From assembly GCA_949286465.1 (NCBI GenBank), contig CASECI010000003.1:1-63054 (forward strand): 63,054 nucleotides of DNA. The letters run 5' to 3'. Source of the DNA: an uncultured Alphaproteobacteria bacterium. GTDB lineage: Bacteria > Pseudomonadota > Alphaproteobacteria > CAAHEQ01 > UBA3637. Shown here piece after piece: positions 50,852 to 59,372 of the stretch. The translations under genes and the position numbers were made by a program. The notes beneath the pieces were generated by a model. The model was not told the origin of the DNA. It was given only the letters and a program-made list of their open reading frames with translations, and searched no databases. The number at the start of each line of letters is the position of its first letter. Within the stretch, counting starts at the first letter, position 1.

Positions 50852-51541
50852 ATGAATATGAAACCCTATACTTTTTTTTCATCAGAAATTTATCATTTAG
50901 ATCCAAAAGATATAAATGTCTTAAAAGATACACCTCAAGCAAAACCGATTAATTCAATGGATGGACAGGTTGTTATCCTACTCGGAAATCAAAAGAAAAA
51001 AATAGAGGATACTTTATATCAAGGTCGTGCGATAGTCTTGCAAGCAATAGAAAATAAAATGGATTATATTCCAGTTCGTATAGCTTTTCATCGTGTGACG
51101 CCTTGGTTTGATTTGTTGACCCCCTTTTGTAAAAAAGTTCGGAAACATTTTTATACATATGGGACACATATTTATCATATGGATCCTCTTGAAATTCGGA
51201 AAAAAGGATTAGAGCGGAAAATAAGAACACCAGAGAATGCGTACGATTTTTCCAAGTGGAATTTGTCTCAAGACCAAAGGAAAAAGCAATTTAATGAATT
51301 AAAAGATTCTTTAACTAAGAACGGATTTGATGATACTCATCCAATGGATATTATGCTCTGCCGTACACTTGGGGTTCAAGATACGCTTCAACAAGGGCAT
51401 CATCGTATGATGTTTTGTTTAGATATGGGAATAAAAAGGGTTGCCGTTCGTTTTATGGTTGTATCTCATGCGCCTAGATGGTTGGCTCCTATTTTAAGGG
51501 GCTTAAGACAATTATTTATAAAGGAGAAAAGAAATGGCTAA
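50852..51541 (+). CDS. Hypothetical protein with a ParB/sulfiredoxin-fold-like C-terminal half
   Basis: LQQGHHRMMFCLDMGIKRVAV resembles the (D)GxHR motif of ParB/Srx-fold proteins. Possible starts are ATG 50852 or 50858, after AAAGGA. Confidence 0.4.
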   Translation: MNMKPYTFFSSEIYHLDPKDINVLKDTPQAKPINSMDGQVVILLGNQKKKIEDTLYQGRAIVLQAIENKMDYIPVRIAFHRVTPWFDLLTPFCKKVRKHFYTYGTHIYHMDPLEIRKKGLERKIRTPENAYDFSKWNLSQDQRKKQFNELKDSLTKNGFDDTHPMDIMLCRTLGVQDTLQQGHHRMMFCLDMGIKRVAVRFMVVSHAPRWLAPILRGLRQLFIKEKRNG

Positions 51542-52613
51542 AGTACTACATGTTTCTGATTTTCATTTGCTTCGTCTGAAAACTTGTTGCTTTAGTCAGA
51601 TATCGTTCAAATTAACGAATGGCTTAATTCGGAATGGTCATTTTGTTGTTAATTATCCTGATCGAGATTTATGTCGGACGTTTGGTTTTGGGCATATGAA
51701 TTTTTGGGGCAAGAAAAAACTTCAAGAACACTTTATTAATTATTGCCGATTTTTTAAGCCAGATGTTTTGCTGATAGGGCATGTAGATACAATCGAAACG
51801 GAGACTTTCTTGAAAGTTAGAGAAGAACTTCCAAATTTAAGAGTCGTCCAGCGTAATGTTGATTGGATAAATGTAGAAAGTGAAAATCCAACAGTTATTG
51901 AACTTGGTCAGCATAATGTTGCGAATATAAATCGCCGATTACCAGCCGTAGATGTAACACTGATAACAACAGCGGATAAAGGTTTGTTAAGTCAGTTTAA
52001 GCGGGAAGGGAAACAGGTAGGCTTTCTTCCTAATCCTGTAGATAAAACAGTAGAGACAGCTCGTTGTTTTGAAAAAGAAGAATTACCTTATGATGTGATG
52101 TTTTGTGCGGGAAAAAATTCATTGAGGCAGTTCTGCGGTCATGATGTTAAAAGTGAAGATATTGCACGACAAATAAAGGATCATGTTCCAAATTTGCATC
52201 CTTTATTTGCCGGCCTATTAGGAAGTCCTTTATTGCATGCAAATGATTATCAAGATGCATTAGGAACAGCCGCCATGGGATTAAATCTGAGCAGGATAAA
52301 TGATACGTACTTGTATACATCAGATCGTTTGGCTCACATTGTAGGGAATGGGCAATTAGCATTTGTAGATAGTCGTGTAGGGTATCAAGATTTATTTGAT
52401 AAAGACGAAATGGTATTCTATACAGAGCCAGAAGATTTATATGAACAGATTACATATTATAAGAAGAATCCAAAAGCACGAATGAAAGTTGCACAAAAAG
52501 GTTGGAAAAAGTACCATAAATTATTTAATGAGCAAGTTATAGCTAAATATGTAATGGATTTAGCTTTGGGTACGTTCAATCCTCAAGATTATCCTTGGCC
52601 GACACTTATCTAA
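51534..52613 (+). CDS. CgeB-like / GT1-related glycosyltransferase, paralogue B
   Basis: 359 aa. It is a paralogue of 47898..48950, sharing NGLxRNG, NYxDRDL, GHxDTI, NVDWI, SDRLAHIxGNG, and the FYxxPEDL...YYKxxP tail. Confidence 0.5.
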   Translation: MAKVLHVSDFHLLRLKTCCFSQISFKLTNGLIRNGHFVVNYPDRDLCRTFGFGHMNFWGKKKLQEHFINYCRFFKPDVLLIGHVDTIETETFLKVREELPNLRVVQRNVDWINVESENPTVIELGQHNVANINRRLPAVDVTLITTADKGLLSQFKREGKQVGFLPNPVDKTVETARCFEKEELPYDVMFCAGKNSLRQFCGHDVKSEDIARQIKDHVPNLHPLFAGLLGSPLLHANDYQDALGTAAMGLNLSRINDTYLYTSDRLAHIVGNGQLAFVDSRVGYQDLFDKDEMVFYTEPEDLYEQITYYKKNPKARMKVAQKGWKKYHKLFNEQVIAKYVMDLALGTFNPQDYPWPTLI

Positions 52614-52831
52614 GGAACTTATCTATTTACTGCTAATAGAATCCCAAAATCTCAATTTCTTGTTACAATAGCAGGCTTAAGGGCAATTAGGATAGTAGCA
52701 ATACAGCTCTCCATTTAAGTCCACTCCGACTAGTTTTGCAGTAACCATAGCTTTTTGCGTTTCCCCAACACACACCAGATTTTGTCAAGAAAAAAATACA
52801 TACCTCAATAATACTAATGCTGAAAACAAAA

Positions 52832-52865
52832 GAGAGTTTTTCTCTTCAAAAACTCTCCTTTTTCT
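52832..52865 (+). terminator. Perfect 10-bp hairpin plus T-run, about 220 nt downstream of the last glycosyltransferase gene
   Basis: GAGAGTTTTT-CTCTTC-AAAAACTCTC followed by CTTTTTC. The stem is AT-rich. Confidence 0.5.
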
Positions 52866-52870
52866 ATATA

Positions 52871-52897
52871 TAAAAATCCCCCGCTATTGCAGGGGAT
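52871..52897 (-). terminator. Hairpin terminator for the small minus-strand ORF
   Basis: On the minus strand: ATCCCC..GC-AATA-GC..GGGGAT followed by TTTTTA. Confidence 0.45.
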
Positions 52898-52912
52898 AAT
52901 ATTTCGTAAATA

Positions 52913-53110
52913 TTAGTGTGTCAGTGAGTGAATGCTTTTAATATTTTTTGCTTTTTCACTAGAAAAGGGAGATTGTTGCTTGGTTTTTTGTGTGTTTTGT
53001 GAAATAGTTATTGAAGAATCTTTTTGTTGAGAATTTTCTTCATTGATAACATTCTTAAAAGAAGTTCCCCATCGATTCGTTATTTTTGATTTCATAAATT
53101 CTTTATACAT
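52913..53110 (-). CDS. Hypothetical small hydrophilic protein (65 aa)
   Basis: A strong SD (AAGGAG) lies 8 nt before the ATG, and a hairpin lies downstream. The sequence is low-complexity and S/Q/K-rich, and I recognised no family. Confidence 0.35.
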   Translation of the reverse strand: MYKEFMKSKITNRWGTSFKNVINEENSQQKDSSITISQNTQKTKQQSPFSSEKAKNIKSIHSLTH

Positions 53111-53125
53111 TTAAAATCTCCTTTT

Positions 53126-53154
53126 AAAAAACGCTCTAAAACAGAGCGCTTTTT
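53126..53154. terminator. Bidirectional terminator downstream of rpmE
   Basis: AAAAAACGCTCT-AAAAC-AGAGCGCTTTTT. Confidence 0.8.
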
Positions 53155-53159
53155 GAACT

Positions 53160-53387
53160 TTAAGCCTTTTTCGTCCCAAAACCAGCAAAACGTTTGTTGA
53201 ATTTTGCTAATTGACCACCTGTATCAATTAATCTATGAATCCCAGTCCAAGCAGGATGCGCTAATGGATCAATATCAAGACGAACAACATCACCGGCTTT
53301 ACCCATTGTCGAGTGCGTTTTTATTTCAGTACCATCTGTCATCACTAATGTGATTTCATGATAGTCAGGATGAATGCCTTGTTTCAT
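53160..53387 (-). CDS. rpmE: 50S ribosomal protein L31
   Basis: 75 aa starting [12 protein letters not shown]. It lacks the CxxC pairs, so it looks like a non-zinc form. Confidence 0.93.
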   Translation of the reverse strand: MKQGIHPDYHEITLVMTDGTEIKTHSTMGKAGDVVRLDIDPLAHPAWTGIHRLIDTGGQLAKFNKRFAGFGTKKA

Positions 53388-53458
53388 AATTTTTTACTCC
53401 ATTTCAAAATTGAATGCTCTTTATACACGAGAACTTGAAAAAAATCAAGTGTCTTTTT

Positions 53459-53914
53459 TTATAATTCAAAAATATCTACACGATGAACAGAAATAACATT
53501 GTTGTTTCTAACTTCGGTAGAAAATAAGATTCGAGTAACCCCTAAATCTCGAAGGGCTCCCGCAACAGCTTCTAGTCTATCATTTACAAGAGTTGGAGAC
53601 ATTTTTGATGTCCTATACCCAACGAGACGGACAGAACCGTTTTTAGGGGTGATCCGGCCAGCAACAGATTTAATTACTCCTAAATCTTCTTTGCGGATAG
53701 CTGTAGAATTTTCTGAGTCAAAAAATACTGTGGATACGCGTTTTTTCGAACGTGAGGTATTATCAAAAGGAATGGCTGTGTTTATATTTCCAACAGCACC
53801 AGTTCCTGTCATTTGGACATAAGGGAGAAAAGGAACTTCAATGCCTTTGCTCTCTTGAGCCTGACAAACAGAAGTCATTAATATAAAGAAAAGAAAACTT
53901 ATTAATCCCTTCAT
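53459..53914 (-). CDS. Secreted protein with a degenerate OmpA-like C-terminal domain
   Basis: 151 aa with a signal peptide (..TSVCQA|QE). FFDSENSTAIRKEDL...VRLVGY...NDRLEAVAGALRDLGV follows the OmpA_C pattern loosely. Confidence 0.45.
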   Translation of the reverse strand: MKGLISFLFFILMTSVCQAQESKGIEVPFLPYVQMTGTGAVGNINTAIPFDNTSRSKKRVSTVFFDSENSTAIRKEDLGVIKSVAGRITPKNGSVRLVGYRTSKMSPTLVNDRLEAVAGALRDLGVTRILFSTEVRNNNVISVHRVDIFEL

Positions 53915-54831
53915 TATTTATCCTTTTTCATTAATTCCTTTTGTATTTTTGTCATTAAAGAAAGGTTGCTAGCTATAATATACTCTGATTTTATCAGATC
54001 TTGCAAGTCTGTTTTCCCAGATAGCGTAGAAATTTTTCCACCGGCCTCTCGAATAAACAAGAAACTACTTGCAATATCCCATAAATTTGCTCCTCTTGTA
54101 ATAAAGGCATCAAGTTGACCTGTAGCAACAAAAGCAAGTTCTAGTGTTGTCGAACCGATATGCCGAATTCCTGCGACTCGACCTGAAAATTTTTCTAAGA
54201 GCTCTTTACGGCCGATATCGTTAAAACCTGTTAAGCCAAATAGGCAGTCAGGTAATTGAGTTCGGTTAGAAACACGGAGTCTTTTGCTTCCTGTGGGAGT
54301 CATTATAAAGGCTCCTTTTCCTTTCTCAGCATAATAGAGTTCATTGCTAATTGGATTAAATAAGACAGCAGCAATAATGTCATGACCTTCTTGTAAAGCA
54401 ACTGAGACAGCAAAATAAGGAATAGCATGAATAAAATTCGTTGTTCCGTCAATAGGGTCAATAATCCATGTGAAAGAAGAGCCATTTTTGGCTGGAATGT
54501 GTCCTTTTTCTTCGCTGATAATACCATAGTCAGGTCTAGCCGAGCTTAAGGCCTCTATAAGTATTTTTTCGGCCATAATATCAGCATTGGATACAAAGTC
54601 TCCTGGACCCTTTTGTGTAACTTGTAATTGACTGACTTCTCTAAAGTCATGGATCATATTGTGGCCGGCTTTTTGTACAGCCTTAATCATTACATTAAGT
54701 GTCGCAGATAAAGAAGAAATACGTTGTCTCTCGCGGGTCTCTAATTTTTCAAGAGACTCACGACGCCGTAAAGATGAATCAATATGGCGTCGGTCGATTT
54801 TAGAAAATGTTTTCTCTTTAAGTTCAACCAT
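53914..54831 (-). CDS. suhB: Inositol monophosphatase family protein
   Basis: 305 aa. Contains WIIDPIDGTTNF, a GIISEE-type metal site and WDIAS. Confidence 0.88.
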   Translation of the reverse strand: MVELKEKTFSKIDRRHIDSSLRRRESLEKLETRERQRISSLSATLNVMIKAVQKAGHNMIHDFREVSQLQVTQKGPGDFVSNADIMAEKILIEALSSARPDYGIISEEKGHIPAKNGSSFTWIIDPIDGTTNFIHAIPYFAVSVALQEGHDIIAAVLFNPISNELYYAEKGKGAFIMTPTGSKRLRVSNRTQLPDCLFGLTGFNDIGRKELLEKFSGRVAGIRHIGSTTLELAFVATGQLDAFITRGANLWDIASSFLFIREAGGKISTLSGKTDLQDLIKSEYIIASNLSLMTKIQKELMKKDK

Positions 54832-55394
54832 TATTTTGCTCTTTCAACATAACTACTGTCTGCTGTTGAGACGACAATTTTTTCTCCAGCATTAACAAAT
54901 GGTGGAATTGTTGTTTTAATGCCATTTTCTAAAACAGCTGGTTTATAAGAAGAAGTTGCTGTTTGATTTTTTAAAGCAGGTTCTGTTTCTGCAACAGTTA
55001 AGATAACATGCGGAGGTAAGTTAACAGATAAAGGCTTTCCTTCAATAAAGTTGACAGTAACGGCCATGTTGTCTTGTAAAAAGGCAGCTTGTTCGCCCAT
55101 AACATCTTCTGGAATTTCGAATTGATCATAATTCTCAACATTCATAAAAATTAAGTTACTTCCATCTTTGTATAAATATTGACAGTCATGTTCTTCGCTC
55201 ATTAATTTTTCAACAGTATCTGCAGTTCTCCAACGCTCTTGAGTTTTGATACCATTGTTAACATCACGCATTTCGACTTGAATGAAAGCGCCACCTTTTC
55301 CAGGTTGAATGATGTTAATTTTTGTAACGAGCCATTGTTTTCCATTATTTTCAATCACCCAACCAGGGCGAATTTGATTTGCTTGTTGTTTCAT
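54831..55394 (-). CDS. efp: Elongation factor P (Lys-type loop)
   Basis: 187 aa. The loop is IIQPGKGGAFIQVEMRD, with Lys in PGKG. Confidence 0.93.
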   Translation of the reverse strand: MKQQANQIRPGWVIENNGKQWLVTKINIIQPGKGGAFIQVEMRDVNNGIKTQERWRTADTVEKLMSEEHDCQYLYKDGSNLIFMNVENYDQFEIPEDVMGEQAAFLQDNMAVTVNFIEGKPLSVNLPPHVILTVAETEPALKNQTATSSYKPAVLENGIKTTIPPFVNAGEKIVVSTADSSYVERAK

Positions 55395-55465
55395 TTTATG
55401 CTACCTCTATTAAATTAATTTCGAGCGAAATATACCATAAAATAAAATGAAAGGCAAGTAAGACA

Positions 55466-56518
55466 ATGGAAAATAAGAAAAAAAAGTGGTGGATGCCTGA
55501 TTTGTATATGAAAAATAATGATAAACGAATGTATCGTATTTGTGTTCTTCATGAGATCCGCCGTTTTTTTGAACAAGAAGGTTTTGCAGAAGTTGAGACG
55601 CCTGCAGTACAAGTTTCTCCAGGATTAGAGGTACATTTAAAAGCTTTTGAGACGTCTTTATATGATCCATTGAATGATACCTATTATAAACGTTATTTGC
55701 ATACGTCTCCAGAGTTTACGATGAAGAAGTTATTGGCTGCTGGATTACCTCGAATTTTCCAAATGTGTAAAGTGTATAGAAATGAGGCAAAATCAAGCAC
55801 GCATCACCCTGAATTTACAATGCTTGAATGGTATCGTTCTCATGCAACTTACGAACAAATGATGGAGGATACAGAACGGCTTGTAAAGTGTTGTACAAAA
55901 GCATGTAAGGCAGAGGTTCTTAAACGAGGAGAACGTTGGTCTGATCCTTTTGAGCCTTGGCAAAAATTGACAGTCCAAGAAGCATTCTTAAAGTTTACTG
56001 GAATAGATATTATGAAGACCATACCGGATGAGCCAACATTAGAACCAAGTCCAGTTTTACTTAAAAAAGAAGCCGAAAAAATAGGAATTCATTGTTCTGA
56101 TGAAGATAGATGGGAAGATATTTTCTTTAGAATAATGTTAAATTGTATTGAAGATAAATTAGGGGATGGTGTTCCTGTTATTCTTTATGATTATCCGACT
56201 TGTTTGGGGGCGTTAGCTCGAAAGAAGCCAACAGATCCAAGAGTCGTAGAAAGATTTGAAGCCTATATATGTGGTGTTGAATTATGTAATGCTTTTTCAG
56301 AATTGATAGACCCGATAGAACAAAGGCAAAGATTTGAATATGATATGGCTATGAAGGAAAAGTTATATGGCGAAAAATATCCATTAGACGAGGATTTCTT
56401 AGAAGCTCTTTCCTATATGCCAGATTGCGCAGGAAATGCAATAGGGGTAGATAGACTGGTTATGCTTATCACAGGAGCTGAATCAATAGAAGATGTTTTA
56501 TGGGCTCCAGTCAGTTAG
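55466..56518 (+). CDS. epmA: EF-P--(R)-beta-lysine ligase (truncated class II LysRS paralogue)
   Basis: IRRFFEQEGFAEVETP, HTSPEFTMKKLL, HHPEFTMLEWY and GNAIGVDRLVML are collinear with E. coli EpmA/PoxA as I recall it. The true start may be an internal Met. Confidence 0.85.
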   Translation: MENKKKKWWMPDLYMKNNDKRMYRICVLHEIRRFFEQEGFAEVETPAVQVSPGLEVHLKAFETSLYDPLNDTYYKRYLHTSPEFTMKKLLAAGLPRIFQMCKVYRNEAKSSTHHPEFTMLEWYRSHATYEQMMEDTERLVKCCTKACKAEVLKRGERWSDPFEPWQKLTVQEAFLKFTGIDIMKTIPDEPTLEPSPVLLKKEAEKIGIHCSDEDRWEDIFFRIMLNCIEDKLGDGVPVILYDYPTCLGALARKKPTDPRVVERFEAYICGVELCNAFSELIDPIEQRQRFEYDMAMKEKLYGEKYPLDEDFLEALSYMPDCAGNAIGVDRLVMLITGAESIEDVLWAPVS

Positions 56519-57387
56519 TATTTAAAAATAAGGATATTTTCTTTATTAATACATCCTTTAACACCAATTGGGAGGATTAAACGACTAGGACCATGACCAT
56601 AGTTTAGCCCCTGATACATAGGCACATTCATGAACCGTGTATGAAAATCTTCTAAAACGTCTTGTATTGTTCCATCTTCTTTATCACTTGAAATACATTG
56701 ATAAAAGTTACCCAAAATAACTGCTTTGACTTGGTTAAATATTCCGGCTAGTCTTAAATGTGTAAGCATTCGATCAATTTTATAAGGTTCCTCCATCACA
56801 TCTTCTAAAAATAAAATCTTATCAGTAAAATCAGGTTGATAGGGTGTACCGATTAATTCATCTATTAATGAGAGTGTACCACCAATAAGAATACCTTCTG
56901 TTTCTTTTTGTTTCCCCATGTTTTGAAGGGAAACAGAAAAAGATTTCTGAGATAAATACATATTAAAACTTTGCTCAATAAGAAAATCAACACCCGTTTC
57001 TGTAATATCTCTTCTAGGAGAGAGACCTGTATAGCTAATAAGACCCGTTTTGGCATAGATTCCTAATTGTAAAGCCGTTGTGTCGCTAAAGCCTATGAGG
57101 GGTTTGGGATGTTCTTTTATTAAATTATAGTCTAATAAATCTAAAAGTCGACCAGAGCCATACCCCCCCTTGAGGGCAAGTAATATATCAACTTCAGGAT
57201 TTTTAAGTAAGCTGTGAATATCGCCTGCACGTTCTTCGTCAGTTCCAGCAAGGAAGCGATTTTTTTCTAATAAATGTTCTGCAAAAATGACAGAGAGACC
57301 TTTTTTTTGAAACCAAGATTCTATTAAATTCTTATCAATAGGGGTTGATGAAGGACTGGATGGATTAAAAATTCCGACTGTTGTCAT
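56515..57387 (-). CDS. ldcA: LD-carboxypeptidase (S66, muramoyl-tetrapeptide carboxypeptidase)
   Basis: 290 aa. The GFSDTTAL nucleophile motif is present. It overlaps the upstream Mur-ligase gene by 4 nt. Confidence 0.8.
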   Translation of the reverse strand: MTTVGIFNPSSPSSTPIDKNLIESWFQKKGLSVIFAEHLLEKNRFLAGTDEERAGDIHSLLKNPEVDILLALKGGYGSGRLLDLLDYNLIKEHPKPLIGFSDTTALQLGIYAKTGLISYTGLSPRRDITETGVDFLIEQSFNMYLSQKSFSVSLQNMGKQKETEGILIGGTLSLIDELIGTPYQPDFTDKILFLEDVMEEPYKIDRMLTHLRLAGIFNQVKAVILGNFYQCISSDKEDGTIQDVLEDFHTRFMNVPMYQGLNYGHGPSRLILPIGVKGCINKENILIFKY

Positions 57388-58757
57388 TTTGCATTCTCCT
57401 TGAGTTTTCTTAAAACGTCTTTTGCTAAATCTGTCAAAGTATTGTCACGAGCCCCCATAATAACGATACGATCATCTGGTTGAGCATCTTGAATAGCGTT
57501 TAAGAAATCTTGGCGTGTATTACAGAAAAAAGCATTCTTTCCCATTTCTACTAATGCGTTAATTAAGTCTTGAGAGGAAATATCTTTAGCAACAGTTCCA
57601 CCGACATAGAAGATAGGGGGCATATAAATCATATCTTGAGGAAATGTTTCGTTTGCCAAGACATGAATGAGTTCTGTCTTCATTAACCGAGTAGGCGCAA
57701 ATCCGTGGGGTTGAAAGAAAATCCATAAGCGATGATTTTTTTGTCGTAAAGTTCGTATTGTTGCCTTTATTTTTTCTGGGTTGTGAGCATAGTCATCAAA
57801 GATCGCTATACGATTTATATGGCCAATGCACTCAATTCTTCGTTTTGTTCCTTTAAATGTTTTCAAAGCATTAATTGCGGTAAGTAGGGAAATATTCATT
57901 AAAGAACAAGTACATATGGCAGCTAATGCGTTCTCAACATTGTGCAGTCCGAAAAGAGGGAGAAAAACCTTTTGTCCATTTAATTGAAAAGAGGTTCCTG
58001 TTGATGTTGTTTTGATTTCAGTTGCCGTAAAATTCGCTGCTTTTTCGGGATGTGTGGAAAATGTGATTGTATGAGGATTGCGAGATGTAAGCTCTTTAGA
58101 ATAGGGGCAATCAGCATTTAAAACAGCTCCTACTTTTGCTTTAGCAACAAAATTGCTGAAAAGACTAATAAGTTCATGTAATGGTTTGTGATCTAGAGAA
58201 ATATTAGATACAACAGATATTGTTGGTTCATAAAGTTCTATTGTTCCGTCAGATTCATCTGCTTCGATTACATAAAAGGGACTTTTTCCAAAGATAAGAT
58301 TAGAATTTTCTTCATTATTATATGTATTAAGCGATATTCCACCATTGATCATCGTAGGATCTAATCCCGCTTCATGTAAAATATGTCCAATCATCGCGGT
58401 AATGGTTGTTTTTCCGCTTGTTCCGCCAACAGCAATACCTGTATGTTGATTGAAGATAGAAGCTAATAATTGAGCTCTTTTTAATATCAAAATACCCAAA
58501 GTTATGGCTTTTTTTACATCCGGAATAGAGGGCTCAACTGCGGAAGAAATAATGACATAATCTATATCAGCATTGATGCCTGATCCATCTTGAGGAAAAA
58601 TATGAATACCACGGTTTTCTAATTCTTTTTTTGTGTCAAGATTTAGTCCTTGATCAAAACTTCTATCGGAACCCGAAATTTGATGTCCTTGATGAGATAG
58701 TAATCGAGCAATAGAACTCATTCCGATACCAGCTATACCACAAAAAAAATATTTCAT
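57384..58757 (-). CDS. mpl: Mur ligase family; probable UDP-MurNAc:tripeptide ligase Mpl (or a MurC paralogue)
   Basis: 457 aa with an N-terminal GIAGIGMSSIA Rossmann motif and a GGTSGKTT P-loop. Translational coupling with ldcA favours the recycling ligase Mpl. Confidence 0.6.
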   Translation of the reverse strand: MKYFFCGIAGIGMSSIARLLSHQGHQISGSDRSFDQGLNLDTKKELENRGIHIFPQDGSGINADIDYVIISSAVEPSIPDVKKAITLGILILKRAQLLASIFNQHTGIAVGGTSGKTTITAMIGHILHEAGLDPTMINGGISLNTYNNEENSNLIFGKSPFYVIEADESDGTIELYEPTISVVSNISLDHKPLHELISLFSNFVAKAKVGAVLNADCPYSKELTSRNPHTITFSTHPEKAANFTATEIKTTSTGTSFQLNGQKVFLPLFGLHNVENALAAICTCSLMNISLLTAINALKTFKGTKRRIECIGHINRIAIFDDYAHNPEKIKATIRTLRQKNHRLWIFFQPHGFAPTRLMKTELIHVLANETFPQDMIYMPPIFYVGGTVAKDISSQDLINALVEMGKNAFFCNTRQDFLNAIQDAQPDDRIVIMGARDNTLTDLAKDVLRKLKENAK

Positions 58758-58835
58758 TGTTTTCTTCCTTTACGATTTTTATTTTTATGTGTAGTATACT
58801 CAATATAGAAATATTGTAAAGAAGGAGGCTAAGAT

Positions 58836-59369
58836 ATGCTTAAATATTTATTTTTACTATTAATCGGGTCAACATTTGTTTGTGCTCAAACACCAGAACA
58901 GTTAGAAATGTTACGTAGGCGGCAAGAAAAAGATTTAGCCTCTGAACAACTCCAACAAACGACAGAAATTGATTCGCAAGATGATAAAGCAACGCCGGCG
59001 AGTGTAGATGCGCGATTGACCGCTCAAAAAAGAATGGAGAATCAAGATAAACTCGTTATAACAACAGGAAACTTTAAAATTTTACAAAGTGCAACTGGCA
59101 TGAAATTATGCACATTAGAATTAGGGTTAACTAATTACACAAAATATCCAGTTGAAAAAGTACAAGTTTTCTTTAAGTGGGGAGAAGTTGAAACATATGC
59201 GATTTTTTCAGGTATTCCTTATGAGCAAACAGGAAAGTTAAGTATTGGTCTAGCAGGTTCTGTCTGCAATCGTATTACAGAAGAACCTAACTTAAGAGTG
59301 ACGACATGTCAGTTGCAAGGAGCTCCAGAGAGCTTCTGTCAATCAGCGATTGTGTATAATCAAGGATAA
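58836..59369 (+). CDS. Hypothetical secreted protein
   Basis: 177 aa with a signal peptide (..TFVCA|QT) and an SD, GGAGG. I recognised no family. Confidence 0.5.
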   Translation: MLKYLFLLLIGSTFVCAQTPEQLEMLRRRQEKDLASEQLQQTTEIDSQDDKATPASVDARLTAQKRMENQDKLVITTGNFKILQSATGMKLCTLELGLTNYTKYPVEKVQVFFKWGEVETYAIFSGIPYEQTGKLSIGLAGSVCNRITEEPNLRVTTCQLQGAPESFCQSAIVYNQG

Positions 59370-59372
59370 AAT

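Noticed and set aside
57164-57170. C7 run (G7 on the coding strand) inside ldcA
   Set aside because: It simply encodes K-G-G within a conserved GGYGSG segment of an intact ORF. It is too short and too housekeeping-like to argue for phase variation.
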